NCBI GenBank assembly: GCA_001949185.1
Contig: BDGG01000002.1
Location: forward strand, 3,283,826-3,347,825
Reading direction: 5' to 3'
DNA from: Ramazzottius varieornatus
Taxonomy: Eukaryota > Animalia > Tardigrada
DNA length: 64,000 nucleotides
How positions within the stretch are numbered: position 1 is the stretch's first letter; the number at the start of each line of letters is the position of its first letter. The notes below the pieces were generated by a model. That model saw nothing but the letters and a program-made list of their open reading frames with translations, ran no database searches and had not been told where the DNA came from. Shown here one piece after another: positions 12,315 through 25,014 of this stretch. A program made the translations under genes and the position numbers.

Positions 12315-13329
12315 TCAGACTTGGATGTGGGAATAGGATGGAAGGGATGCCATCCGTTGGAGGAAGGGGAAGGCTTGCTGACGGAGTTGCCGTTGGACGA
12401 TGGCCTGCTGCAGCTTCTCTGATTCTTCCTTGAGAGTCATCAGCTGGGCCCTCAAGGCTGTGTTTTCACGTTCCAGCTCGCTGGCTCGACCCGCCACCTG
12501 GTCTTCGCGAGCTTTACGGTAATCTCGGGATTTCTTGGCGGCGTAGTTGTTTCTTCTTCTGCGCTCGAAGTACTTCTGGTCTTTCTGTTCAGAAGGAATA
12601 GGTTTCTTTTCCGACCGAGGTCTTCTGGCGGTGGTGTTTTGTGTGGCTGAACCGATTGCGTGCATCAGCGCGGGATTCACTATATGATACGAAACGAACT
12701 GGTGACACTACTGTAGAAATGGGACAAATCGAGCCAAATCATGACTCCTGTCAAATTTCCCCATGAGTCTGAAGATTTGACACAAAGCCAACCATTCACC
12801 ATTGCCTCATTTTCTCACTTTGCTATTTTTGAAATTGGGTAGAAACTAGTTTGTTAACAGAAGGAAACGATTTATAAGATTGGAACGTAATTCGTGTCGA
12901 TCTTTTTAGCGCCATTTAATTTCCGCTTTTTGAGTTCATGATCTCGAAACTACGAGTTTGCGATTAGTGCGTCCTTGCTGTGAACATTAGACTTTTTTTA
13001 CCTTCGAACAAGGAAGAGTCCGTTGTGAATCCATTGAGTTTGTTCATAGTCTCGTAGCTTCCGCTGGCGATAATATCATATCCCTCGTTCTTGCTGTGGC
13101 TGTGACCATGGCTATGACCGTGGTGCCGCCTGTGACCACTTGGTTTTGAGCCCGTATGGTCATCCACGAAAATGTTCCCGGTTGGATCATACTGGAAGAC
13201 GGACATCATGCCCTTCTCTTGATGGTATTCCATTGAGCTGTTATGTGAAGCCGTATCCGATCCCGATCCAGTAGACATGGAGTCGTCTTCGGCGCTACCT
13301 GCATGGGAGAATCTGTTCATTAAGGCCAT
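12315..13329 (-). CDS. PAR/CES-2-like bZIP transcription factor, 2 exons
   Basis: Exons 13329-13002 and 12679-12315. Basic region RRPRSEKKPIPSEQKDQKYFERRRRNNYAAKKSRD is followed by a leucine zipper (LERENTALRAQLMTL). The N-terminus has a His-rich tract. Confidence 0.9.
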
Positions 13330-16252
13330 CCTTCAATGTCTCTCAAGCAGAATATGCTGTAAGAACAGGGACGAAGAAGAAGAAGAAGAAATGTTTCGGA
13401 GATTGCGGAGATAAAAACTGATCAAATAAGAGTTGACGCAAATGGTGAGAGGTTGATAATTATAAGAGGCCACAGTGCGAACGTTAACTGTTCTGTGTAC
13501 ACTATGCATGTATGTCCACCAACGAACAACAAATTACATAAGGGAGACTACCGGCCTTCCTGGACGGCAGAATTGTTTCAAGCGGCGAGCAAAACACGAT
13601 TACTTAACACGGCAATCGAGCAAGAATGACAACTGTCCAACGGTAGGAACGTCGTCGAATGTATTGACTACTGAATATAGGTCGACTACGGGAAACGGAT
13701 ATGGTCGGTGGTTTCGCGTGTTAGTGCTGTACAAGTTCTTCAGTGTGTAGAGTACCCCGCTTAGCGGACTTTGAATTTACAATCACGGCTTTTTGGCTCC
13801 TGCTCGTCCGTGTACGTGCGGCATACCGGCGTCCGTTGCCTCCTTGTCCGTTCACACCATGCAGCTATTTTGTGATCAATGCGTCTTTGGCTCGAGAACC
13901 CAACTGTTTTTCCACCACGCTCCGGCTCGCTCATGATCAACGAACGAACTTCCAACACCAAGTAAATGCCGAGCTTTTCATCCAACCACACGGGACTCAA
14001 CGAGTTTTCATGTGTTATTTGAAGAGCATTGAGAGTTTTTTGTCAACCTTAAATACCACCTTCAATTTGAATTATTGAATACCATTCTTCAATATATATG
14101 ACGTGGATAACTGATATGACAAAGATCCTTTTCCCTAGTGGCGCACGCTTTCGGTCAATAACAATAAAAATGTGCGCCACTCGAGAGAGCAACCTGGTTC
14201 AGTTCATTTGCTCACATCCCATTTTCAAAAATGTTTTGGGGAACGGTTTATGTTGCTTTAATAACAGGATACTTTAACGACATCAAGAGGCTCACCTAAT
14301 GGGGAAGTACACGAGCTGTGTTTTTGGCCGTCCATATTAAGCGTGGATGCAGACGAGTTCGCGGTTCCTGCGGAAAAGGGCGTTGCGCGACGAGAACGAA
14401 ACTCAAAACTCAAAGTTGCGCCAGCGGATCGACCGCCAATGCGTCAACCTTGAGCGGTATTTGAACAGCCAAACTCTAACGCAAAAGCACAGCCGAACCA
14501 GCTACTGAAACAATGCTACTGAACTCAACGACTCGAAACCATATGGTGGTAAAGTTTGTTTGCTGGCAATTAAATATTCGGGAGCAATGAGCGTTAGGGT
14601 CAAGCAGAACTAAAACAGAACTGATTGGACAATTCCATTCCGGCTAGAGAAGTGTTGAAGTGCAAGTATGGTTCAGCCTCGACAGCTCTACGAGCACATT
14701 CAATGATCAACTGCTCAACGCCTACTGTTCCTCTGCACGCCATGGACGCAAAGACCACTCTGCTTAATTTGCATCACGTATTGTACGGTCGTACGAGGAA
14801 ACGGTTAATTAGTCATTAACCGGATGAGGCTTATCCCTTCCAGACGGATCTTTGTTGTGGGCAAGAGGCAGGGGCAGATGGGTTGCTCTTTTTGCGCAGC
14901 GGCTCATTATACCCGCACAGACGTATTTCTTACGTGCAGGTAAGATTACCCCTCTCGCCAAGTCTGCATGCATGCACCCATTAGCGGACAAGATTAACGA
15001 CTGGTGTTTGACTACAAGCAGCTGAAACGGATTGTGTTTTGTCTGAACCACAAGAGAGCGCGAAGGTGAGGAAGAGTGGTTTTTCGTGAATGGATAAGAG
15101 TGTAATAGGAGTCGAGGTTGGGATAGTTGGGAAAACAAAGAGAAATAAACAGGGTATGGCACAAGATGATGAAACATGAAAGCATACAGCAGACAGGGCG
15201 CGGCTCATCTGAAGAATGCTGTCTCGTTACCAACCGAGACACAGTCATGTAACCGGTATCGGTACCGTATCACTGATTTTTCCCGTTTGCGAATTGTATA
15301 GGATACGTGGAAAAAATACCATGTCGTAAAAAAGGAAGCTTCTTTGTGCTGAGGCCGTCGAGTACCATACCATCGTTTGAGTATGGCCAGACTACAAAAT
15401 CCTCCTGTCGATCAGAGAATTTTCCGCTCGACGATTGAAGTGATTACGAGTACTGTATCAAGTGGAGCAATATTTGGATATTTGCTTCCTTTTTACGATC
15501 ATCTGGCGCTTTAGATAGCCCGTGTGGCGGCATTTTCAACACGTGGATTTTTTACACGAGGAAAACAAAGCAGAACATGGCTGTGATAATGGGAGACAGG
15601 AAACTAGCGGTTACAGTGAGGACCTCGTTAAGGTTAAATGGTTGACTGGCCGCTGCAAAATATTAGTGGAAGAAACATCAGTCACATCTCATTTGAAGAC
15701 CTTTTTCGGCAAGCGCAATCTGTCGATGAAATCAAAGCTGGAGGTCAGTTGGGAGGCAGGTGTTGCTTGCGTGATCTGCCTACCCAGAGACCATATGCAT
15801 ACAGGCGGCTCCGCCGAAGGCACATTACCATAATACGCCACATTTCTCAAAACAATGGCCATCAGCAGAGACAATGAGACCTATCGGTCAGACTTCCCAT
15901 AAAGAGCATACAGTCAAAGAACCAAATCGGTCAACTGCGATCTCGAAGCCATAAAGGCCGCTGGCTGACAGGAGACACACACACGCCGGCTGCAAGCATA
16001 CGACCAATGCCCATTAGAGGTTGAAAGGGAGCAAAGCTTTGTGGTCCATTGTCTCTAGTGGGCTACTGTCCATTATGGCACTCTTAATTAATTTGCTTAT
16101 CTTTAACCGCAGTCTGTCCAACACGTCCATTGTCCTTGACAGTACAGCGTGAACGCACATTTGCACCTACAGTATACTATGCGGGCAAGTCCGTTCCTCG
16201 GTTGAAACGTTCACCGTGCTCGTTTATCCATGACGTAACATCAGGAAAATAT

Positions 16253-16792
16253 AATGTAAAAATTCGCTGCGTCCGCGCTGCACGTCATCGTACACGTAAA
16301 GTACAGCTCCGGTCTGCCTTTGCTGCCTGTACAACCCCCTTCGGTATAGCCACTTTTAATAATTCAAAACGCCGCCGTGCCCGCCGCGAGTGCATGTATA
16401 TGGTCCGTATCAAACGAGTGCTGTGCAACGGCGAACGTTTCTCTGCCGGCAAGCACAGCGCTCAGACAACGTTGCCTACAATTTAGGCAAGTTGCACTGA
16501 GGGAAAATCCCGGAAGAGCTTGCCAGAGTGTTGTGTGAGTCAGCAGTTTGCGGTAGTATGGGAAGCTCTTTCGGGCACCAGTCCAAAGACTGCGAGCATG
16601 TATCAGTCAGAGCGATCAAACGATCGCATACGAGCCTTGTACGTCACCCTACACAGGCGTCAGGCATGCTGATACGTCACGTTCTGAACAGCCAGTCGAA
16701 AACTGAGCCTAATAAAACCGGCTATACGGGCCTACGGGGTGCATCATCTTGTACGTGTACGTACTGCATAAACGCACCGAATTTTTACAGTA
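16253..16792. mobile_element. MITE family B (tactgtaaaaattcg...cgaatttttacagta) split by a nested family E element
   Basis: The two halves match the uninterrupted ~150-bp copies at 23761-23913 and 42951-43100. Confidence 0.75.
16345..16726. mobile_element. Non-autonomous element family E (~380 bp, tatagcc...ggctata)
   Basis: Near-identical to 47957-48329. Imperfect ~17-bp TIRs with TA ends. Confidence 0.85.
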
Positions 16793-18279
16793 CAGTGCCG
16801 AGAAGATGTGCAACGGTTCTTCAAGAAAAACTTAGTAAAGTGACGCTTTTACGTCAACTTCCGGAATTTTAGGGATGGTTGGTTTGTACAGATAACGCAC
16901 CAAGCGTCACATTGGTTACTTCATTGTTATGGTATATGGTCACTGCAGTTTCGATAATGCTCAGCAGGTCTTCGTCGATTGTTTCTATTGTGAAAATACC
17001 TTTTAATCTTCGTGATTTCCTTTTAGAATCTGGCTGTGCATTCAGCGAAATTGTAAAAGCGGCACGTGGCGAGACATGTACCTGGCTAGAATGTCATGCT
17101 CTTTGCCGGCTTAATGGTTTGGCCCGACACGCGCGCAGCTGCCCTCTGACCACAATTTTCCAAATGAACCTGATCTGCTCGACACACGAGTAATTAACAG
17201 GATTGCAAAATGTCTGAATAGTTAACACTGACAAAGGTCGTGCTGCCACATCTCTCGATAGGATTATAATCTTTTCCTGGCATCTGCTCCTCTAGTCTCT
17301 GATAAAGTTTATTCTGTTTCCCACTGCGGGGTCAACAGGGTCGAGTTTTAAGGAAATTTATTTACGAATTCAATACCAAGCTCACTAGAAGGATATTTTG
17401 ATTGAATACGTTTGTATACGCAGATTAACAACACTATATTCTGCTAGAAACTAATGTTTTTCGTATGCCTCTAGAAGACGGCAGGAGCTTTGGCGGTGCA
17501 GTGAATAGTGCAGCACGTTAGACAAAAATTCACGTTTGTAGGTGAGGGAAGGTTCGTGGTTGTGTAGTACTGTGATCACCAGGTCGACAGCTCGTTTTCC
17601 GGTAGGAAGTTGCAGACTGTAATAGCTGGCGTCCGCGACTGCGCAGAAACAAGGTTGTGTTGCGCTTACTATTACTGTATTTCTCTGCGTCTGACTTTGG
17701 GCCTTTCATTATAAGTGGCTCGCGAGGTGGTAACCAATGCTCGTCCCGGATCACCCGAAACTTTCAGACTTGATGATGCAAGTACCAACCGCTGGTGGAT
17801 TAAAGTGTAACCGCTTGATCGTGAAGGCCGCTTTGTGGTGAAGGACAGCTTTCAAATGTTGACCTTCCGATCAGCGCAATCGTGTTGCGTGCCCGAATCC
17901 AAGCATAGTCTGACTGAAGCAGAAGGCTGAAACCGCACGGGTATATTTTGGAGCTGGGCAGACATTACAAGTTGTGCACGTTTTCATTTGACTAAACGGA
18001 AGAATGCGCCACTCATGATAACGATCCTGTGTATTTTGTTCGCCCACTTTCGATCCATAGGCTTAGATATTTACTTCCAGCCTAGCCGGATCGCTAGTTC
18101 GTCAGAAAAAAAAGCTGATTTCACGATAGCAGATTGCACCTGAATTTTATGCCCTTTTTATGGCCTTTTTTGGTTAGAAACCTGCCAAAATCAGATGAAA
18201 AGCTGATTACACGCTGACTACAAGCTCAGTTAAATCGGACTTCGTGCGTAGGACCCGTGAGTGGAGGACTTTAGAGCAC

Positions 18280-18981
18280 GGACCAAGAACCCGACTGGAC
18301 TGGTTCCGAGCGGCCAAAACGGACGACGGGCCAGCGCCGATGTCTTCTTCTCCACACAAGCTAAAACAGCACGGGTTCGGTAGTGTACAGGATACCCTGA
18401 GGGATGATCGCAACGGCTATGAGCAACAACTTGTTACTCACAGCCGGTGTAAGTTGAACTGATGGCTGATCGCAGTATTCGCCTTTGGGTTGCGGCTCAG
18501 GGATCGTCAGGAGTTCAGAACGAACCAGGTTGTGATACAGATAGATACATCCGAGAACCATGAGGTTGTCTCGGTCGGTACGGTCACGTCTGTACCAGAC
18601 GGGTCGAACAATGGTGAGCCACCGGTCGACGCGGAGATTCGCGCTGAGCAGAGTCAGGAGACTCGAGTACGTCCACATAACGAAGAGCGCGGTTTGGCAG
18701 TTCTGCGCTGTTCCTAGCCACTCGTTCACGATGGTCCGTACGACGCTTAGACACGCGAACAGTCCTCTCAAAGTGTCGAGTACCAGAAGCGCGACGATGT
18801 TCCCAGTGAACGGGCCGATGGGCCGATGAGGTTTGTAGAACGTGGATAGCATGCCGTTTGTCGGGGCGCCGCGGAGAACCGTACTCATCGCTCCAATATA
18901 TCCAAGTGCCAGCATGAAAGTAGCGTTGATGCAACGGTCATCGGAATAACGTGGTGCCATCTGCCCGCACATGTACAACAC
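18280..18981 (-). pseudogene. Degenerate intronless class A (rhodopsin-like) GPCR
   Basis: FTGNIVALLV (TM1 GN), then W...C, then VDRWLTIVRPVWYR (DRY-like). TM2 is apparently deleted, there is an in-frame stop after ILYTTEPVLF, and TM6/7 are not recognisable. Confidence 0.65.
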
Positions 18982-19171
18982 CCGAGCTGAAGGCTGTCCA
19001 ACTGATATTAGTCAAATTCTGCTGGTTTCCTCGATGCGGCTTGCTCACAGACAGCCCCATTCTTGCATTTGAGGAGGAAGAGCTCTTGAACTTTACACAA
19101 CATGAACGAGAATCGAGAGCTATACAGTTTTATGGGCAGACGAGCGAGGAACGGCATGATAAACTAGAGTA

Positions 19172-20007
19172 CAGGAGGAGTAAGCAAGTGTGACCCAGTG
19201 AGGAATTGTGTGACCCAGTAGTCTCAGACGGCGCATCCATAGAAAAGCATGATACACTCGTAATTAAAATAAAGCCTATGACGTAACGAAAACTTTCTCG
19301 TAACATTCAAGTTTTTATCAGCTGTTTCTGTAAACAATTGATAGCCTCCACTTCTTCACGTAACTTCAATCTCGAATCTTTTGCGGTGCAGTCAGTTTGC
19401 TATCGAGCCTTATTAGAATGTCTTTGGTGCTAAAGAACAAGAAAGTACGTGACTATGATGACAGGTCGCTCGAGCTAGCGATAGCTTCTGTTAAGGATGG
19501 AATGTCAAGGAGCGCAGCGGCGGAGATATACATTCCAAGAAAGACACTTTACCGTTATCTCATCAAACCTCATCGTTCGAAAATGGGCCGTGGTACAAAG
19601 TATAGTCCAGAAGAGATGAAAGGACTGGCGCAGGTGCTAATCCAGTTTGCAAAGACGGGGCTGCCGCTCAACAAAGATAACCTTCGTGATTATCTCCAAC
19701 ATTTCGTTCTAGAAAAAGGTTTGGATCTGAAAATCATCAGTAGAAAGTTGTCATTAGGATGAGTGGATAAGTGCAAGTTGGATGTTGTTTTGCCTGAGTT
19801 ATCATGGTTCTTCTACTCCAAAATTCTTGATATTTTTCCTCAGGAAAGGACGCGGTGACGGTAGAACCGCGTGTTTGAATTACAGTGTTGTCTATCTTAC
19901 ATAAAGAGTGTTTCTGTTAACGTAATGCATACTTGATACATGTCACGCCGTCTGAGACTACTGGGTCACACATTTCCTCATTGGGTCACACATGCTTACT
20001 CCTCCTG
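19172..20007 (+). mobile_element. Internally deleted pogo-like (Tc1/mariner superfamily) DNA transposon
   Basis: ~62-bp TIRs (caggaggagtaagcaagtgtgaccc... / ...gggtcacacatgcttactcctcctg) with a TA TSD. Internal ORF 19418-19762 has an HTH_psq motif (YDDRSLELAIASVKDGMSRSAAAEIYIPRKTL) and the start of a CENP-B-type HTH. No DDE domain. Confidence 0.88.
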
Positions 20008-20315
20008 TACCACTGTGTGCCAGCGTCCGTCTCAGGTATCGGATTATTGCACTGGAAGCGGTCACATACTGCACTGCTGCCATATTATCGCGTACTGAAC
20101 CACGTGATGAGTCAACGCTGCCCACTGTGACCAGATTCTATCAGTTTGGCCTTGCTGGCTCTCACCCGGGCATCATTTACCGTTCACTTGGTTGAGTGCG
20201 CGATATCTTGGTAGAACTACAGTACTATAATTATCGTGGTTGAGCTCTGATGTGGAATGACCATTTTCTTCATACACTGTGCTGAATTGGACCATAATAA
20301 TTATGTCCATGCAGT

Positions 20316-20506
20316 CACGCACGACGGGAAATTATGGGGCCAGTAAAAATTATGGGATTAGGCCTTTTCGCTACGGCGGTACGGAAGCAACTGATTCACA
20401 GCAATACACTTTCGGACACTTTTCTACGTTTGAATTTTGGTTCTGCCGTCTTTTCCGCCTGGTCCCATAATATTTACTGGCCTCATAAATTCCCGTCGTG
20501 TGTGTA
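20316..20506. mobile_element. MITE family C copy
   Basis: cacgcacgacgggaaattatggggccagtaaaaatt... / ...ataaattcccgtcgtgtgtgta, with internal cttttcgctacggcggtacgg. Confidence 0.78.
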
Positions 20507-20569
20507 CTTGTTGTGGCCAAAAGGCTGACGGATCAGTTCAGGGCGGAAAGTCAGCAAAATACTCAACAT

Positions 20570-23107
20570 TCAAGTAAAGTGAGTGGCTTTTCCTTCTGTT
20601 ACCGAAACCTGTAGGAGGCGCTGGCGCGATCGTAGATTGTCTACGCATCCTGGTGGGGGTAGTCTTGCGCGGACCGACATGTCTTGGGCTGAAAGCACAT
20701 ACCAGGTGTCGTACTGGCCGGAACGTCTCTGCGCTAGTCTCCTATAACAAAACAACGGAAATGTCTGAGGAAATCGTTGCGTGGAATGTATTCGTCAGGC
20801 GAGCCTTATCCTTGCCACAATCAATACGATATCTTACCACAGAACGGTAACCGGTATCAAGGCAGATAATATGGACCACATTACAGATTCGTCTGCTGCA
20901 ACAAATCTCCATAGAGTGCATAGTTATTGAACTCCTTGCAAATGCCCTTGAGAACGTCCTTGAAAGTGCTTTTCCGAACTTCCATCAAAAAACACGAGGA
21001 CGACATAGCTATATACTTTCAATATGACACCGCGGTTTCTTGCCGTCGTATCCGCAAAACGGCTCATTCGGCGGCACACCGCGATTAAATGAACCGTTCC
21101 ACTCTCGCCCTTCGATCTTTTATAACGTGAGGGATCCGGCTTGGGAGATGAGGAACCACTGGAACGAATCGTGGAAGTCAAGAACTACCGTTAAATAAAG
21201 AAAGATCAACTCCACCTCTCTGTGTGACGTGGTATAATTGAAGTAAGAGACCGATCGGTCCATCCGAGTCTCTCCGTCGGCGCTGATGTAAAACGATCCG
21301 ACTCTTGTGTCCAAAGTCCTATTAAGGAAACGACGGGCAGAAACCGCTCCGTCCGACAAATCAGTCCCCTCCAGCAGTGCCTCGCTCAGTACTTTACCAA
21401 GCATCAGTCCAGTCAGGTAGCTAAAGGTTACGTCCGCACGTCCCTGTAAATAGTTTATTTAAGTCACAAGCACGTCTTGGGCGTTATCAATAATTTGTTC
21501 TGGTATAATGCAGTCGAAGGTCAGGACAAACTGACCTTTCGAGTGAGATTGTACGTTATGTTGTAGTCACGGATCGACCGCGATTCGAATTCCGGATATC
21601 GATGGACGATGGTCGGTGGTATCAGAACTTCGGCATTGAATGGTTCCATCACGAGCACTGACTGATATGCATCGATCGTTATCTGTAGGTATACAAGAAA
21701 AATGCTCGCCTGCGGCTTGCTCTGTAACTTGGGGGTTGCAAGTTTCGTGGAGTGTTGTGGTTAATTCATCACCTGTACTTAGGGTACCCAAGAGCCGCTC
21801 TTTTGCGCCAATATCGTGCACGAGTTTTGAGTTTTGACCTGATGATATTTGGGAAACCTCCTCGACCAAACTTTGTCATAGCTGCAGTCTACAGCTCTCC
21901 CATAGAAAACTGAACCACACTACATTCCAGTCAAAAACGATGAGAAACCAGCATGGATGCCGTCCGCAATACGAAGATCGTGCCATGATCCCACCCTCAC
22001 TGGAAACCGATAACAGAACCCTTCCATACCTCGTAAAACATTGGCCAGTGCCTGCAGTGTGCAGTCTCCTCGACACCGTGTATCTTCGAGACACGGCCTT
22101 TGGCCAATCAAGCCGATCATGCCATCATGCTGATTTGGCTTCGTTGACTCATTTTTCCAACCCGCAAGATTTTCCTTTGAGCTTTTCGACTATTGCGGTC
22201 TTTGGCCGGTTTTTTTATGGATTCTGCCTCATGTCTGTATCATGTCCATGTCTCGAATACAAAATTTTCCAATCCTTGTAACACAAGCGGCAAGTTTCCG
22301 CCCGCGAACTAACGGTGTCGTGAAGACATCAAAGCACATGCACAAACGGCTTTCAATCCGCCGTTGAATCCCTGTTCGCCTTCCAATGAGGGCTAGGAGA
22401 GGTTCCCTCTTTTATGCGGGGTTGGCCTTCTCGAAAAGCCAGATACGGAAGCACGAAGGCCTTGCCAGCTGACAGACAGACTCTCGTTCCTCCGGCAAAA
22501 CCATTCGTTTTGATTTATCCAGAAAAAAAACGCACGAACACAAATTACCAGCGATTTCGTAAACCTGCACAGGTAATCCGGGTAATCTTTCACGAACAGA
22601 GCCTGGCCGAGCTAGGCCGCGCCCACGTTTTTTTGCTGTGTTAACGAATTCGTATAGTTGCTGATTTCAAAGGACCTTGGACGGTTTGCTAAACTTCGTT
22701 GCCATTGTTTTAAGCGAGTTTTAATGAGCTTAGTTTAAAGCGGAGAGATGTAAACTACTATACCGGCAAGCACGCTTGATATTTTTTCGATTTTCATTCA
22801 AAAATTCCTTGTCGGACGGTCCATAACCTCGTCAGAAGTTTCTTTCGGGTTATATCAGTATAGGAGTAGGATAGGATATGATAGAATACTTACACGTCAC
22901 CCAAACCACCAGTCTGATATAACTATCGCAATTTTGAATAACAGTATCGTCTCGGCTGTTCTCACTGTATCTTACTTTGTCATCGTTGCTCCCCGTGACT
23001 GGGCTGAGTTTTCCGAACAGAGCGAAGTTTGAAAAATAGTTTGGCATAAGTTCTATCGTAAGGTAAACGTACTCGCCGTGAGTCATACCCAGTCCAGCGG
23101 CGGTGAC
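20570..23107 (-). pseudogene. ANF-receptor-like (natriuretic peptide receptor/receptor GC ectodomain) pseudogene
   Basis: Exons read VTAAGLGMTHGEYVYL...; AYQSVLVM...RSIRDYNITY; RFLNRTLDTRVGSFYISADG; WFLISQAGSLTL*KIEGREW...PPNEPFCGYDG (in-frame TAA at 21120-21122); then a short TM exon and a juxtamembrane exon. No 5' exons were found beyond the MITE stack at 23.2-23.9 kb, and no cyclase domain. Confidence 0.72.
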
Positions 23108-23210
23108 CTGCAACAATTGCAGGTGTCTGTACGTGCTACCTACAGTGCATGCATGTCTCAGCGGTTTGCTCGCCCTTGAACAAGTCACCGGCAGTTTGTG
23201 TCTAAATTAA

Positions 23211-23330
23211 TACTGTATGCTCTCCCGAAATTCACGTACGTCACTGACTCTCAAATCATTGGGGTCTTACCGTGACGAAAATACACTCTGAATGGAGTGA
23301 CGTACGTGAATTTCGGGAGAGTATACAGTA
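23211..23330. mobile_element. MITE family D (120 bp)
   Basis: tactgtatgctctcccgaaattcacgtacgtcac / gtgacgtacgtgaatttcgggagagtatacagta form a near-perfect 34-bp TIR. Confidence 0.8.
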
Positions 23331-23762
23331 TGGACCAGTAAAAATTACGGACCAGGCCCTTTCGCTACGGCGGCACGGACAGTTGATTCTTGCCACGAGT
23401 AAATACCAACATCGAAGACTGGACTGCTGTACGTACGTGCTGGATGTTGGGCCGAAGAGCTAAAGCTTGTCATATTAATTATGGCAGTGAGATCTCCATT
23501 TTACCGGAACACGAACGCCTTCAACAGTTCGAGCTAGTCCAACGCTTCTCCGGGAGAAAATCGACAGTAGCGTTGAAGCGTCAGAGTAAAACAGCTGATC
23601 GGCTGATGGCCGCTGTCCATGAAAATTTTCTACGGTTGAATTTTACCACGTTACGTCATTTGTCCGATTTCTGTTTCTGACTTCCATACAAATTGTAGAT
23701 TTGCCGTCTTTTCCGCCTGGCCCGTAATTGTTGATGGCCCATAATATCTCTTCGTGCGTGTA
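23329..23762. mobile_element. MITE family C, long variant
   Basis: Reverse complement of most of 43725-44087, with the family C right TIR. Confidence 0.8.
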
Positions 23763-23913
23763 CTGTGAATATTCGATGCTATCGCGCAGTGCGTCATGGT
23801 ACACGTGAAGTACAGCCCAGGTCCGGTTTCACTACCTGCGCAACGTTCTACGGGGGTACGTACATCGTCACGTGCTTGTACGTACTGCGCGATAGCATCG
23901 AATATCCACAGTA
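23761..23913. mobile_element. MITE family B copy
   Basis: tactgtgaatattcgatgctatcgcgcagt / actgcgcgatagcatcgaatatccacagta TIR. Confidence 0.8.
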
Positions 23914-25014
23914 GCTAAACCTAACTAAGAGCTGTTTTGCAACGAATTTGCTGAAGTATTTCATTTCTATAAATGCAAGTTTTCACTCCATATTCAGTTG
24001 ACTTGTATCGATCGATTGATCTTTAAGTATGTAAATTACAGCCCGTTCAAGCAAAGTTGTCACCACTGGGTTTTTCGAAATTGTCGGACCATTCACGATG
24101 AGAGTTTCAGACCCAACTTTTAGGCTACAGGTGATAGCCTTGTCAACAAACTACTAGAATCAACCGAAATCGAATCCTTTGAAAGTACCGTTGGTTGCCG
24201 AGAAACAATTGTTTGGGTGAGGGTCGCCCTCTGACCGAGGATTAACTCTTTTTCTTGGAATTCAAGCCTACTAAAATCCCGCGTGACTCATTTCACGCAA
24301 CTCTAGCGCGCTCGATAATAGATTAGGTGCGCTATCGGTCTGTATCAGCGGTTTCTTTTTGCTGTCTCAAACAAAATTTTTCGAAATAAAAGTCTGTTTT
24401 GTGACCGTTGGAAAAACAACGGGAACACGAGGGTCTCTACACGACTGCTCCCGCCGAGCCTTGAGCTTTTTTAATCGCTATTTCGACTTCGGTAGTTCGG
24501 TTTAGTGGGATATCTGGTACTTTCCTGAAAGAAGAAAGTTAGGGCTATCAGGTAAAATTAGAAACAGCTCTCAGAAATCGCTATTGAAACAGAATCAGTT
24601 TGTTGAAAGGTTGGTGACGAGTTTGCTTGAACGGGCTGTATACACGGACTGAAATCAACCCTGTGACGAACTCTTGGGCTCCTTGAAAGATGCTGTTTTT
24701 CTGCGCCTCGCCTATGGCAGCTGACTGTAGCACCTTCAGATGCTTCGGTAAAGCACTCATCTGTTCTACGGGACGAAAAAGAGACCTGGCGTTGAATGAA
24801 CTGATCGGCCCCTCCGCAGTGCAATTGATTTGCGTATTCAGCACAATTGTCATCAAAACCAGCGCTCACCAACAAACAGGGAACCTACAGATCTCGAATC
24901 TGTCATTCAGAATTGCCGCAGATGTGGCTCTGTCGCGTCTGAGCCTTGGCGGTAAACAGAAAATGCTCTTTCCATGTTGAAAAAGAAATAGCAAGCTTGT
25001 ACTCATCTATCGAT

